64,000 nucleotides of DNA, from the NCBI GenBank assembly GCA_050951805.1, contig JBMNJT010000002.1:768001-832000 (forward strand), given 5' to 3'. This DNA is from Bacillota bacterium (GTDB taxonomy: Bacteria > Bacillota > DTU025). This document shows positions 1 to 9,978 of the stretch, one piece after another. The number at the start of each line of letters is the position of its first letter. Position 1 is the stretch's first letter. Made by a program: the position numbers and the translations under genes. Below the pieces are notes generated by a model. It saw nothing but the letters and a program-made list of their open reading frames with translations, made no database searches and was not told the origin of the DNA.

Positions 1-98
1 AGATGGCCTCGATCAATCTGGAGTTGGCGCGCGAATGTGCTGCTGCTGAAGACGAGGCCTTTGCTGTTTCTGAACGCTTCCTTGCAGGCGGTGACTAG
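1..98 (+). CDS. ndoAI: Antitoxin EndoAI/MazE-like, 3' fragment truncated by the window edge
   Basis: Frame from nt 3 reads MASINLELARECAAAEDEAFAVSERFLAGGD*, resembling the NdoAI C-terminus (EMAxINL...EAE...GG); stop lies 2 nt before the mazF-like gene. Confidence 0.8.
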   Translation, partial: MASINLELARECAAAEDEAFAVSERFLAGGD

Positions 99-100
99 CT

Positions 101-451
101 TTGGATGTGAAGAGGGGCGATGTCTTCTATGCGGATCTCAATCCAGTGGTGGGGTCGGAACAAGGGGGGCTCCGTCCTGTTCTGGTGATCCAGAACGATA
201 TCGGCAACTACTACAGCCCGACCACGATAGTCGCCGCACTTACTTCCCGAATCAAGCGGGCGAAACTTCCAACACATGTAGAACTTCCTGCCGGGCAGGG
301 ATACCTTGCCGTGGACTCTGTTGTGCTTTTGGAGCAGTTGCGCACAATCGACAAAACGCGTCTGCATGACCGAATCTGCACTCTCGACGAGGAGATTATG
401 AAGAGGGTGAACAGAGCGGCTGAGATCAGCCTGGGGCTTCTGGAAATCTGA
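101..451 (+). CDS. ndoA: MazF/PemK-family endoribonuclease toxin EndoA
   Basis: KRGDVFYADLNPVVGSEQGGLRPVLVIQNDIGN...LEQLRTIDK motifs. Confidence 0.95.
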   Translation: MDVKRGDVFYADLNPVVGSEQGGLRPVLVIQNDIGNYYSPTTIVAALTSRIKRAKLPTHVELPAGQGYLAVDSVVLLEQLRTIDKTRLHDRICTLDEEIMKRVNRAAEISLGLLEI

Positions 452-462
452 ATCTGATCTCA

Positions 463-488
463 CCCCGGCCATATTGCGAGGCCGGGAT
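463..488 (+). terminator. Stem-loop after ndoA
   Basis: CCCGGCC-N9-GGCCGGG inverted repeat; weak U-tract. Confidence 0.4.
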
Positions 489-515
489 CATTATGTACCT
501 TCGAGGTGAGCTCCT

Positions 516-1241
516 GTGCCGCCTTTGATCTTGATTTCGAGCGACTTTGAGTCCGGGACCAACGGCAAAATCGCTGTAGGAGTCGAATACGCGAAGGCAA
601 TCTACCGGTCGGGAGGGATGCCTTTGATCTTGGCACCTCCAATGGGTTGCGCCGACTCCAACAGAGTTGCCCATGGCATTCTGTCCGATGCCTGTGGGCT
701 GCTGCTCACGGGCGGAGATGATGTTGATCCCAGGTTTTATGGTGAATCCCATGCTCATCCCAAGATAGGCGCTATCAATCCTGTGCGGGATGAGTTCGAA
801 ATAGCTCTTGCGAAAGCCGCACTGAAGCTCGATATCCCCGTGCTGGGGATATGTAGGGGAGCGCAGATACTAAATGTTGCAGCGGGGGGCGGACTGATCC
901 AAGATATTGCCAGCTGCGTAGATGGTGCCCATGCGCACCGGGTTTCTGCGCCAAGGTGGCATCCAACCCATCGAGTCATGCTTGCTCGCAATTCTATATT
1001 GTTCGGAATATTTGGAGAAGAAACAATCTGGGTAAACAGCTTCCATCATCAAGCCGTCGGTCCTGTAGCACCAGGATTTTCGGTGACCGGTGTGGCTGAC
1101 GATGGAGTTCGGGAGGCGATAGAAAAACCCGGTTCCCGCTTTGTAATGGGGGTTCAGTGGCATCCAGAAGGTCTCGCGGAGAGGGATGCGCAGTCTTTGC
1201 GCATATTCACCGAATTCGTCAATGCTGTACGAGGAGTGTAG
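516..1241 (+). CDS. Peptidase C26 / gamma-glutamyl-gamma-aminobutyrate hydrolase family (class I glutamine amidotransferase fold)
   Basis: GLLLTGGDDVDP, LGICRGAQ (catalytic Cys), VNSFHHQAV, GVQWHPE. Confidence 0.9.
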   Translation: MPPLILISSDFESGTNGKIAVGVEYAKAIYRSGGMPLILAPPMGCADSNRVAHGILSDACGLLLTGGDDVDPRFYGESHAHPKIGAINPVRDEFEIALAKAALKLDIPVLGICRGAQILNVAAGGGLIQDIASCVDGAHAHRVSAPRWHPTHRVMLARNSILFGIFGEETIWVNSFHHQAVGPVAPGFSVTGVADDGVREAIEKPGSRFVMGVQWHPEGLAERDAQSLRIFTEFVNAVRGV

Positions 1242-1245
1242 TGAA

Positions 1246-2280
1246 TTGCCTACAATGTCTGCGCCGCTGGTGCAAGTTACCAGAGGAGAACTGGTTGAAA
1301 GCCTCCACAGGGGCCACATAGCTGTAGTTGATTGCCGCGGCAATGTGCTGTGGCAGGCAGGAGACCCCATGTATGTTACGTATTTCAGGTCTTCGGCTAA
1401 ACCGTTCCAAGTGTTGCCAATTATCGAGTCTGGCGCGGTTGACCGATTCGGCATTACCGAGAGAGAGCTTGCGGTTATGGCGGCCTCCCATCATGGGGAA
1501 GATTGTCATGTGGAAGCTGTAATGAGCATTCTGGGCAAGATAGGTCTAGATGAATCATGCCTGAAGTGCGGAGTGCACAAGCCTACCAACCCGACACAGG
1601 CTGCCCGCCTTGCTAGGGAAGGAATCCCTGTCACGCCGGTTTTCAATAATTGCTCAGGCAAGCACGCCGGGATGCTTGCCTATGCAACGCACAAGGGATA
1701 TCCCATCGACAATTACGTTGATAAGGAGAGCTTGGTCCAGATCGATATGTGGAAGGCAGTTGCTGAGATCTGCGGGCTTTTGCCTGAAAAAGTTGTGCGC
1801 GGAGTGGATGGGTGCGGTGTTGTGGTCTTTGGGATGCCCATCGCTAACATGGCCTACGCCTACGCACGGCTAGCCTGCCCCGACATGTTGCCTGAGCGTT
1901 TGAGAGAGCCTGCTCGGCGCGTCACTTCGGCAATGGTGGAGTACCCGGAGATGATAGGGGGCACACTCGATTTCGGATCTAATCTTATGAAGAATAGCAA
2001 AGGCGCGGTATTCGCCAAGGGCGGCGCTGAGGGCCTTTTCTGCGTAGGTGTTCCGAAACGCGGGATAGGGATAGCTGTTAAAATCGAAGACGGAGGATCC
2101 AGAGGGTTGCAGACTGCAGTTATGGAGACTCTGCGCCTATTGGATGTGGTTCCCCAAGAGACGTTCGCTGAGCCGGAGACATCTATTGTGGCGTTTGTCC
2201 GCAATTGCCGGAAAGACGTTGTTGGGGAGATCTCTCCATGCTTTGAGCTCGCAGAAGGCAATTCTCGTTTGTCGGTTTGA
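1246..2280 (+). CDS. L-asparaginase II family (Rhizobium AnsA type)
   Basis: RG..VES.H.G, FRSSAKPFQ, NNCSGKHAGML, DGCG, AKGGAEG; start inferred at TTG 1246 (or ATG 1255) after GAGGAG. Confidence 0.88.
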   Translation: MPTMSAPLVQVTRGELVESLHRGHIAVVDCRGNVLWQAGDPMYVTYFRSSAKPFQVLPIIESGAVDRFGITERELAVMAASHHGEDCHVEAVMSILGKIGLDESCLKCGVHKPTNPTQAARLAREGIPVTPVFNNCSGKHAGMLAYATHKGYPIDNYVDKESLVQIDMWKAVAEICGLLPEKVVRGVDGCGVVVFGMPIANMAYAYARLACPDMLPERLREPARRVTSAMVEYPEMIGGTLDFGSNLMKNSKGAVFAKGGAEGLFCVGVPKRGIGIAVKIEDGGSRGLQTAVMETLRLLDVVPQETFAEPETSIVAFVRNCRKDVVGEISPCFELAEGNSRLSV

Positions 2281-2306
2281 CCTTGGCCGGGGGAGTGGAG
2301 TATAAT
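2277..2306 (+). promoter_or_regulatory. Putative sigma-A promoter for the tsaE operon
   Basis: TTGACC-N18-TATAAT. Confidence 0.5.
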
Positions 2307-2353
2307 CTTTCGGCTAATAGGGTCAGCACAGGCACATTGCGAGGTTATGCGGA

Positions 2354-2839
2354 TTGAGCATGAGTAAGGGTGAAAACTTGAAGTTTATGTCGAATTCGCC
2401 TGCTGATACCGCCGCTTTAGGATGCAGGCTCGGCAGACTGCTGGGGCCTGGGGATATTGTTTGCTTGGAAGGCGGTCTGGGTGCAGGCAAGACTTGTTTG
2501 GCGCGAGGGATTGCCAAGGGATTGGGTGTTGACGAAACATCTGTATCGAGCCCAACTTTCGTGCTTGCACAGGAATACCGGGGCAGGGTTAGAGTATATC
2601 ATCTAGACCTTTACCGGCTGTCCTCAAGCGATGAAGTGGAAGAAGCAGGCCTTGATGAATACATCTGGGGCGACGGAGTCGCCATCATCGAATGGCCTGG
2701 AGTCTATGTTCCATTGAGGGAGCATGACAGGCTTATGGTGGAGATTACTCAGGAGCCGGTCAGTCTCAGGCGGGAGCTTGTGTTGACTCCATATGGGCAG
2801 AGATATCGACAATTGCTGGAGGAGATGAGGCCGTGCTGA
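2354..2839 (+). CDS. tsaE: tRNA t6A biosynthesis ATPase TsaE
   Basis: GGLGAGKT, VSSPTF, YHLDLYRL, IIEWP. Confidence 0.95.
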   Translation: MSMSKGENLKFMSNSPADTAALGCRLGRLLGPGDIVCLEGGLGAGKTCLARGIAKGLGVDETSVSSPTFVLAQEYRGRVRVYHLDLYRLSSSDEVEEAGLDEYIWGDGVAIIEWPGVYVPLREHDRLMVEITQEPVSLRRELVLTPYGQRYRQLLEEMRPC

Positions 2840-3576
2840 TCCTCGCTGTAGATACGTCTACCATGGTTGGGGGCGTCGCTCTCATCAATGATGGAGCCCT
2901 CTTAGGAGAACATGTTCTGAACGTAAGAGCTACTCATTCGGAGAGGCTTATGTCGTCAGTAGATGCCACGCTTACAGGCGCCAACATTGCTCCCGGTGAT
3001 TTGGATGCCATAGCATGCGGTGTAGGGCCTGGTTCGTTTACAGGAGTCCGCATAGGGGTGTCTGCAGCCAAAGGCATGTCGTACGCCCTCGGAATTCCGT
3101 TGGTGGGAGTGCCGACTCTTGATGCCCTTGCTTACGGGCGTAGCCCCGGGTTTTCTGAAGTGTGGTCGATGATAGATGCTCGCCATGGGCGTTGCTACGT
3201 GGCCTGTTACAAGCCTTCTGATAGCTTCGGCGCTGCAAAACGGATATTGGACTATTCTGTCCTTGATGTTTCTCAGATAGTTGATTCAGCAGGCGCTGAC
3301 GGGGATCGTGTTCTTTTCGTTGGCGATGGTGCCCTTGCGTATTCCGACTCTTTGCTTTCGGCTTTTCCTGGACGCGGGGTTGTGCCGCCAGCGGCGTTCG
3401 GGATTCTCAGACCGGCCCAGGTAGGAATGTTAGGCATGGAGATGCTGGAACACGGAGAAGGCGGCGATCCAGCCCATGTGCTTCCTATGTACCTTCGTCC
3501 GACCGAGGCCGAGGTAAAGCTCTCCCGGAAGGAGATGGAAAAGGATGGATCTGATTCCGTCTCCCATGAATCTTGA
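2833..3576 (+). CDS. tsaB: tRNA t6A biosynthesis protein TsaB
   Basis: ILAVDTST, HSERLM, GPGSFTGVRIG, P.YLR. Confidence 0.95.
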   Translation: MLILAVDTSTMVGGVALINDGALLGEHVLNVRATHSERLMSSVDATLTGANIAPGDLDAIACGVGPGSFTGVRIGVSAAKGMSYALGIPLVGVPTLDALAYGRSPGFSEVWSMIDARHGRCYVACYKPSDSFGAAKRILDYSVLDVSQIVDSAGADGDRVLFVGDGALAYSDSLLSAFPGRGVVPPAAFGILRPAQVGMLGMEMLEHGEGGDPAHVLPMYLRPTEAEVKLSRKEMEKDGSDSVSHES

Positions 3577-4045
3577 TGATCTTGACAGAGTTCTCGATAT
3601 TGAACGTCTGTCATTCTCTCTTCCATGGAGCAGGCATGCGTTCGTGGATGAGCTTCTCATGAATGACCAAGCCGTGTATATGGTTGTGAGGGACTCCGAT
3701 GGAGTTGCAATGGGATACGGCGGGATGTGGCTCATCCTCGACGAGGCCCACATCACGAATGTCGCGGTTCACCCCGAATATAGACGGCGTGGGGTTGGAC
3801 GTGCTATCATGGTTGCCTTGATGGAAACCGCGGTCCTCCGGGGCGCTAGGAGGATGACTTTGGAGACTAGATTGTCGAACGTGCCCGCTCAGGAGCTTTA
3901 CCGAAGTCTAGGTTTCGTGGCAGCTGGCGTGAGGCCGCGATACTACTTGGATGACCATGAGGATGCCCTGGTGATGTGGCTTGAGGATTTGCCCGGACGC
4001 TTGGCAATGATGGATGGCGAGGGAGGTGCCCCGGAGGATGCGTGA
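3545..4045 (+). CDS. rimI: Ribosomal protein S18 alanine N-acetyltransferase
   Basis: IE..SF..PWS, EAHITNVAVHPEYRRRGVG, RPRYY...EDALVMW; lies between tsaB and tsaD. Confidence 0.93.
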   Translation: MDLIPSPMNLDDLDRVLDIERLSFSLPWSRHAFVDELLMNDQAVYMVVRDSDGVAMGYGGMWLILDEAHITNVAVHPEYRRRGVGRAIMVALMETAVLRGARRMTLETRLSNVPAQELYRSLGFVAAGVRPRYYLDDHEDALVMWLEDLPGRLAMMDGEGGAPEDA

Positions 4046-5075
4046 GGACGGGGTCGTTCTCGGTATCGAGACTAGTTGTGATGAGACGGCGGCGGCGGTA
4101 GTGCGCGGGGGCCGCGAGATTCTCTCATCAGTGGTCGCGTCTCAAATAGAGGTTCACCGTAGATATGGCGGGGTTGTGCCTGAGATCGCTTCGCGTCGAC
4201 ACGTGGAGGCGATCATTCCGGTTATAGATGAGGCCCTGGCGCAGGCCGGAACTGATCTGGCGGAGATCGATGCAGTTGCGGCAACACATGGTCCCGGTCT
4301 TGTCGGGGCCTTGCTAGTTGGCCTTTCGGCCGCCAAGGGAATATCGTATGCTGCAGGGAAACCGCTGATCTGTGTGAATCATATTGAGGGACACATATAT
4401 GCTAACTTCCTCGCCCATCCCCAACTGAGTCCTCCGGTCTTGTGCCTTACGGTGTCGGGCGGACACACGGAACTCATTGCCATGCGAGATCACGGGCGCT
4501 ATGAAGTGCTGGGACGCACGAGGGATGACGCCGCAGGCGAGGCATTTGACAAGGTTGCAAGAGTAATAGGCCTTCCGTATCCTGGCGGACCCGCCCTTGA
4601 GCAGCTTGCTAAGTCGGGCGATCCGAATCTGATTTCGTTTCCCCGAGCGGAGGTAGAAGGGAGTCCGCTCGATTTTAGCTTTAGCGGATTGAAGACGGCG
4701 GTAATCAACTACATCCATACCGCAGAACAAAGAGGCGAAGACCTTGACTATGCTGATGTGGCTGCGGGTTTTCAGAAGGCCGCTGTAGATGAGCTCGTCT
4801 CCAGGGTGGACAGGGCAGTGGATTTCACCGGGATGAGTGTTGTGGCGGTTTCGGGAGGGGTTGCAGCGAATCAGGCATTGCGAAGGGCATTGACGGCGCT
4901 GGCTGGGAAGAGCAATATAGAAGTATATTATCCTCCACTCAATCTGTGCACAGACAACGCGGCCATGATAGCCTCTGCAGGGTACTACAGACATGTGGCT
5001 GGAGAGGTGTCATCGCTGTCAGCGAATGCTGAACCAGGTGCCTTGCTGAGCAGCCTCGCCTGCTTTGACGGCTAG
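4038..5075 (+). CDS. tsaD: tRNA N6-threonylcarbamoyltransferase TsaD
   Basis: LGIETSCDET, GGVVPEIASRRH, NHIEGH, VSGGHT, DDAAGEAFDK, CTDNAAMIA. Confidence 0.97.
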   Translation: MREDGVVLGIETSCDETAAAVVRGGREILSSVVASQIEVHRRYGGVVPEIASRRHVEAIIPVIDEALAQAGTDLAEIDAVAATHGPGLVGALLVGLSAAKGISYAAGKPLICVNHIEGHIYANFLAHPQLSPPVLCLTVSGGHTELIAMRDHGRYEVLGRTRDDAAGEAFDKVARVIGLPYPGGPALEQLAKSGDPNLISFPRAEVEGSPLDFSFSGLKTAVINYIHTAEQRGEDLDYADVAAGFQKAAVDELVSRVDRAVDFTGMSVVAVSGGVAANQALRRALTALAGKSNIEVYYPPLNLCTDNAAMIASAGYYRHVAGEVSSLSANAEPGALLSSLACFDG

Positions 5076-5151
5076 GTTTTTCAGGAGGATACGAGGCGTC
5101 CCTGTAGAAATGAATTAATCAGTGCTTCGGTGCGTCTAAGGAGTAGGTGTC

Positions 5152-6051
5152 ATGTCTGAGGTTGGTGAAAGAAATGTGAGACAGAATGCCAGTGCTGGGC
5201 GTTCGAATACGGGCCGAATCTGGGCGACGATAGTAATTGTGGTGGTAGCTGCGTGTTGTGGTCTTTTTCTATACTTCACATATTTGCCTGCCGAGAACGG
5301 GCTCTTTAACATCCTCATTTTGGGGGAAGACCGTAACTACTCCCGTAATGGCGACGTCTTGTCTGCGCCGGGCAGGCCCGACACTATCCTGTTGCTCATG
5401 GTCCCGAAGAGTTCCCGGGGTGCGGCACTTCTATCGATTCCTAGGGATACTCTGGTAAGATTCCCCAATGGCGGGGTAAGGCGGATTAACTCTTCTGTTC
5501 CGGAAGGGGGGGTGGATCTCGCTCGTGAGCTAGTTTCGGATCTCGTGGGGCTGCCGGTGCACAGACATGTCGTTGTGGACTTTGGGGGATTTGTGGAACT
5601 CGTAGACGCCTTGGGTGGTGTGGAGGTAGCAGTCGATAAGCGGATGAAATATGAGGACAAGGCTGGCGGGTATTCCATAGATTTGGAGCCTGGAGTCTAC
5701 CACATGGATGGTGAAATGGCTCTCAGTTTCGTCAGATACCGGCAAGATGGGTTGGGGGACATATCCCGAACTGCGCGTCAGCAAGAATTCGTGAAGGCGT
5801 TTATTAGGGAGGCTGGGAGTTTTCGGGCTATTCCATCTTATCCGAACATGCTGCGCGTAGCCCAAAAGTGCGCCGACACTGATATGACTGTCAACGAAAT
5901 GGCTGCCGTGGCTTGGCGTTTGAGAAGGCTTGATTCTGACACCATAAATTCTGCTACGCTGCCAGGTTATTTTAAGGGTGCTTATTGGGATCCGGATACT
6001 CAAGGCATTGAGGCGCTCGTTCGATCACTTCAAGATTCTGCACAGAAATGA
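5152..6051 (+). CDS. LytR-CpsA-Psr (LCP) family cell-envelope protein
   Basis: N-terminal TM helix; NILILGED, R.DTI, SIPRDT, VRYR.DGLGDISRTARQQ. Confidence 0.9.
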   Translation: MSEVGERNVRQNASAGRSNTGRIWATIVIVVVAACCGLFLYFTYLPAENGLFNILILGEDRNYSRNGDVLSAPGRPDTILLLMVPKSSRGAALLSIPRDTLVRFPNGGVRRINSSVPEGGVDLARELVSDLVGLPVHRHVVVDFGGFVELVDALGGVEVAVDKRMKYEDKAGGYSIDLEPGVYHMDGEMALSFVRYRQDGLGDISRTARQQEFVKAFIREAGSFRAIPSYPNMLRVAQKCADTDMTVNEMAAVAWRLRRLDSDTINSATLPGYFKGAYWDPDTQGIEALVRSLQDSAQK

Positions 6052-6064
6052 AAGGAGAACCGCA

Positions 6065-6805
6065 ATGCGGATAGATGTTTCACTGGTCCCAGGCGAGATT
6101 ACAGCCAAGGATGTATCTGGGTCTGTAGTGGTAATAATTGATGTCCTCAGGGCTACCAGCAGCATTGCTACGGCGTTGGCTTCTGGTTGCGAGGAGGTTA
6201 TTCCCGCTGAGAGTATAGAGGAGGCCATAACCCTGGCCAATGGTTACAAGAGGTCAGATTATGTTCTAGGAGGGGAGCGGCGGGGAGTTCCTGTTGAAGG
6301 ATTCGATCTGGGCAATTCTCCGCAAGAATATGATGGCCCCCGAGTGGCTGGGAAGAAGGTCATCATGGCGACTACAAATGGCACTAGCGCCATCAATAAG
6401 TATGGAATTGCGCGAGAAATTTTTACAGCGTGTTTTCTCAACGCTGATGCTGTTATAGGAGCATGCGAAGCCTATGACGACTACGACTTGGTGCTGGTCT
6501 GTGCCGGGCAGGACGGAAGGTTCTGCATGGAAGACACGCTTTGCGCAGGACTTATGGCTACGAGGATTGCACATGACAAGGGAGCGGAGATGTCCGATTC
6601 TGCCAAGGCTGCTTCACTCTTGTACCAGCAGCGAAAAGGGTCGATTGAGGATGAGTTGCTCCGCTGTGACCACGGAGCTTATCTGGTTGGAATCGGTTAC
6701 GAGCAGGATGTGAGATATTGCTCACGCAATTCCATCCTTGACGTTGTGCCAAAGGTCTATGACAGGAGAGTCATAAGAAGGGCTCGTGGTGGGCCAGAGG
6801 AGTGA
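6065..6805 (+). CDS. comB: 2-phosphosulfolactate phosphatase family
   Basis: VIIDVLRATSSI, GGERRG...GFDLGNSP, TTNGT, EDTLCAG; ATG after AAAGGAG. Confidence 0.88.
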   Translation: MRIDVSLVPGEITAKDVSGSVVVIIDVLRATSSIATALASGCEEVIPAESIEEAITLANGYKRSDYVLGGERRGVPVEGFDLGNSPQEYDGPRVAGKKVIMATTNGTSAINKYGIAREIFTACFLNADAVIGACEAYDDYDLVLVCAGQDGRFCMEDTLCAGLMATRIAHDKGAEMSDSAKAASLLYQQRKGSIEDELLRCDHGAYLVGIGYEQDVRYCSRNSILDVVPKVYDRRVIRRARGGPEE

Positions 6806-7314
6806 GTGGTTTGCTGAAGGACGTCGAGAAGGACGGTATTGTTAAGTGGGAAGACGTCATGGCTTCGAAGGGATGTCCAAGCAGTTCAAGGGCTGAGAAA
6901 GGCCCAGTGGCGGTCATCGAATGCCTTCAGGAGATCCCTTGCAACCCGTGTGAAACGGGATGCCCATTCGGCGCTATTTCCGTTGGGGATCGAATAACGA
7001 ACCTTCCCGTGCTGAATGAGGAGAAGTGCAGGGGATGTGGGAACTGCGTTCCTGTCTGTCCTGGGCTTGCCATATTTATCGAGGATCTATCGGGATCTGG
7101 CGATGAGGCCAAGGTGACGCTCCCCTATGAATACTTGCCTCTTCCTGAGCGCGGCGCTGTCGTGAAGGCAACTGACAGAGCTGGACGGGAAATATGCGAC
7201 GCGACAGTCGTAGATGTCAGAAAACCTGCGGCTTTCAACAAGACTGCTGTCATCACGATCTCTGTGCCAAAGGAATTTGTGCATGAGGCCAGGGGGATAG
7301 CTTTCCTCCGGTAG
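6802..7314 (+). CDS. 4Fe-4S dicluster ferredoxin-like protein with C-terminal extension
   Basis: ECLQEIPCNPCETGCP and CRGCGNCVPVCPGLAI. Confidence 0.8.
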   Translation: MSGLLKDVEKDGIVKWEDVMASKGCPSSSRAEKGPVAVIECLQEIPCNPCETGCPFGAISVGDRITNLPVLNEEKCRGCGNCVPVCPGLAIFIEDLSGSGDEAKVTLPYEYLPLPERGAVVKATDRAGREICDATVVDVRKPAAFNKTAVITISVPKEFVHEARGIAFLR

Positions 7315-7349
7315 TGTGCTGTGATTTGCCTGTTTTAATATGTTAATGA

Positions 7350-7386
7350 GCAGGCCGGTCCGTATGAGGTCTTCGGGCCGGCCTGC
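7350..7386. terminator. GC-rich stem-loop upstream of hpt
   Basis: GCAGGCCGGTCCG...CGGGCCGGCCTGC; no U-tract. Confidence 0.4.
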
Positions 7387-7410
7387 AGACGTGATGGGAG
7401 GAATCGGCTA

Positions 7411-7980
7411 GTGTCTGTGCATCCTTCAATGCATATCATCGAAGACATTCAAGAAGTTTTGATCTCAGAGGAACAGATAGGCTCCAAAGTGGCGGAATTG
7501 GGGGCACAAATATCCAAGGAATACGAGGGAAAGGATTTACTGTTGGTGTGCATACTCAAAGGGGCCCTTGTATTCATGTCGGATCTGATGCGATGCATAT
7601 CGATTCCGGTCAGCATTGATACCATGGCCGTTACTAGCTATGGGGCATCGACTGTCTCCTCAGGAGTGGTTAAGATAATAAAGGATCTTGATGTTCCTAT
7701 CGAAGGCCGACACGTCCTCATCGTTGAGGATATAGTCGATACAGGGCTTACCCTAAGTTACTTGGTTTCGACTCTGAAGAACCGCAAGCCAGCATCTGTG
7801 AAGGTATGCACACTTCTGGATAAGCCGGATCGGAGGCAGGCGTCTATTGTTCCGGACTATAATGGATTCGTAATTCCCGATAAGTTTGTTGTAGGTTATG
7901 GCTTGGATTACATGGAAAAATACCGAAACCTGCCTTTTGTGGGCGTGCCTAAAGATTATGTGTGGAACGAGGAGCATTGA
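7411..7980 (+). CDS. hpt: Hypoxanthine phosphoribosyltransferase
   Basis: ILKGA, VLIVEDIVDTGLTL, FVVGYGLDY..KYRNLPF. Confidence 0.95.
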   Translation: MSVHPSMHIIEDIQEVLISEEQIGSKVAELGAQISKEYEGKDLLLVCILKGALVFMSDLMRCISIPVSIDTMAVTSYGASTVSSGVVKIIKDLDVPIEGRHVLIVEDIVDTGLTLSYLVSTLKNRKPASVKVCTLLDKPDRRQASIVPDYNGFVIPDKFVVGYGLDYMEKYRNLPFVGVPKDYVWNEEH

Positions 7981-7986
7981 AATTTC

Positions 7987-8985
7987 ATGAAAGAGAGACA
8001 TCTACACAATGCAGGCGGTCTACAGGATGGCCGCGACCCGCGCTCATTCATAGATGAGGCGATTTCAGCAATTTCGCAGCAGATAGGAGCGGAGCGAGCA
8101 GTTTGCGGATTGTCGGGCGGCGTCGACTCATCTGTTGCTGCGGTGCTTGTCCATAAAGCTATAGGTGCCAATCTTACCTGTATCTTTGTGGACAACGGTC
8201 TGCTTAGGAAGGGCGAGGCTGAAGGGGTGGAGAACGTTTTCCGCGGCCATTACCACATGAACCTCGTAGTTGTGGATGCAAAAGAGCGGTTTCTGAAGAA
8301 GCTTGAAGGCGTTGTGGACCCGGAGGCAAAAAGGAAGATTATTGGCGCAGAGTTCATACGGGTCTTCGAAGAGGAATCGGAAAAGCTGGGAAATGTTCCA
8401 TATTTGGTCCAGGGGACTCTCCTTCCTGATGTGGTTGAGAGTGTCTCTAGCCAGAAACCTGGAGTCAAGGTCAAGTCCCATCATAATGTGGGCGGACTTC
8501 CGGAGGATCTCAGGTTCGAACTGATAGAACCTCTGAGGATGCTCTACAAGGATGATGTCCGCCTCATCGGCAAGGAACTGGGGCTTCCTGATACCATAGT
8601 GAAGAGGCAGCCATTCCCCGGGCCGGGGCTGGCTGTTAGGATAATTGGAGAGGTCACCCGAGAACGGCTGGAGGTTTTAAGAGAGGCCGATGCCATAGTG
8701 CGTGAAGAAATCGGGAAGCTTCCTGAGGCAAGCGAGCTCTGGCAGTATTTCGCGGTTCTTCCCGCGATTCGCAGCACCGGAGTGAGCGACAGCGACCGCA
8801 CCTATTCCTACCCAATAGCAATCAGGGCGGTGAAGAGCCCAGACGGCATGAGCGCTGATTGGGCGAGGCTTCCGTATGCTGCATTGGAGGAGATCAGCCG
8901 ACGCATCGTTGATGAAGTGCCCGGAGTTAACCGAGTGGTCTACGATATTACTCCAAAGCCGCCGGCCACTATTGAGTGGGAATGA
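7987..8985 (+). CDS. guaA: GMP synthase, ATP-pyrophosphatase plus dimerisation domains only (subunit B-like)
   Basis: [49 protein letters not shown]; 332 aa with no N-terminal GATase domain. Confidence 0.9.
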   Translation: MKERHLHNAGGLQDGRDPRSFIDEAISAISQQIGAERAVCGLSGGVDSSVAAVLVHKAIGANLTCIFVDNGLLRKGEAEGVENVFRGHYHMNLVVVDAKERFLKKLEGVVDPEAKRKIIGAEFIRVFEEESEKLGNVPYLVQGTLLPDVVESVSSQKPGVKVKSHHNVGGLPEDLRFELIEPLRMLYKDDVRLIGKELGLPDTIVKRQPFPGPGLAVRIIGEVTRERLEVLREADAIVREEIGKLPEASELWQYFAVLPAIRSTGVSDSDRTYSYPIAIRAVKSPDGMSADWARLPYAALEEISRRIVDEVPGVNRVVYDITPKPPATIEWE

Positions 8986-9123
8986 GGTGCAGATTTGCAC
9001 CTATCAGGCAAAACAGACTCTTTCAGGCTTTTTAGGACAGCTCTACTTCTAGTTCGCCTCCATTTGCTTTGATGTAATCCAAAAGGCGGATAATTTCAGA
9101 GCTGGGGAATGAATATAGACAGA

Positions 9124-9170
9124 ACGTCGGCTTCCCATGGGATAAGCATAGGAGGCCGGCGTCGTATTTT
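9124..9170 (+). terminator. Putative intrinsic terminator
   Basis: ACGTCGGCTTCC...GGAGGCCGGCGT stem with G-U pairs, followed by CGTATTTT. Confidence 0.5.
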
Positions 9171-9384
9171 GCCTAGGGCTGGAATTGCAATCAGGAGGAC
9201 AGGTAAACCTGAATTTCACATCTGACATGTGGCGTATTCCATATGGCTTGTTATATGACCGGCTAAACAGTAGGTGCGGTGAATCCAGGTTTCACAAAAA
9301 CACACGCCGCGAGCTGATGCTGCGCATGCAAGTAACGGCATCAGAAAAAATCCATGAAGGGCTTAGCTCAGCCACGGGTGGGCG

Positions 9385-9978
9385 CTATTTGCCATATACG
9401 AGCTTTCGAAAACTCGAAATGTTCAGCTTGAACGTCAGTCCATCATATGATTGGCCACGCACCATCCGGTAATTGACTTGTCGAGCGCACTCTTCAAATC
9501 CCATCTTTCTTATCAGGCCCAGGACGCGCTCATTCCCGGACCAGGTCTGTGTGTAAATGTCTTCAACTCCGTTGGACAGCAGGTATTCGATGAACAGCTT
9601 CCATGCAGCGGTTGCATAACCCTGGCGTCGTGCACTTTGCTCGGGAATGTCGATTCCTATCGTGCAGTATCCATCCTCATCTGTGTAGTCATAGTTCGCG
9701 TCTATGTTGTATGAATTACACCAACCAATGTGCGTTCGAGTTCCATTGTTGATGCATATCTGAAAACTCCGGCGCATTCTACTAGGATCCTTTTCTGTGG
9801 ACAGTTGGCGCAGCATCTTATCTCGATATGCGTCAGGCGAAAACGGTTCTTCCTCTTCAAGCTCCCATGGAGCGTCCCATAGTAACCATTCTGTCTCTAC
9901 TGTCTCCCAGCGAATCCTGTCTTCAATGTCCTCTCGCACAAAATCTCTCAGGATCACTCTGCCGTCTGTGATTACCAT
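9385..9978 (-). CDS. GNAT (RimJ/RimL-like) N-acetyltransferase
   Basis: VILRDF, IGIDIPEQSARRQGYAT, TQTWSGNERVLGLIRKMGF; GAGGAGG RBS. Confidence 0.85.
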   Translation of the reverse strand: MVITDGRVILRDFVREDIEDRIRWETVETEWLLWDAPWELEEEEPFSPDAYRDKMLRQLSTEKDPSRMRRSFQICINNGTRTHIGWCNSYNIDANYDYTDEDGYCTIGIDIPEQSARRQGYATAAWKLFIEYLLSNGVEDIYTQTWSGNERVLGLIRKMGFEECARQVNYRMVRGQSYDGLTFKLNISSFRKLVYGK

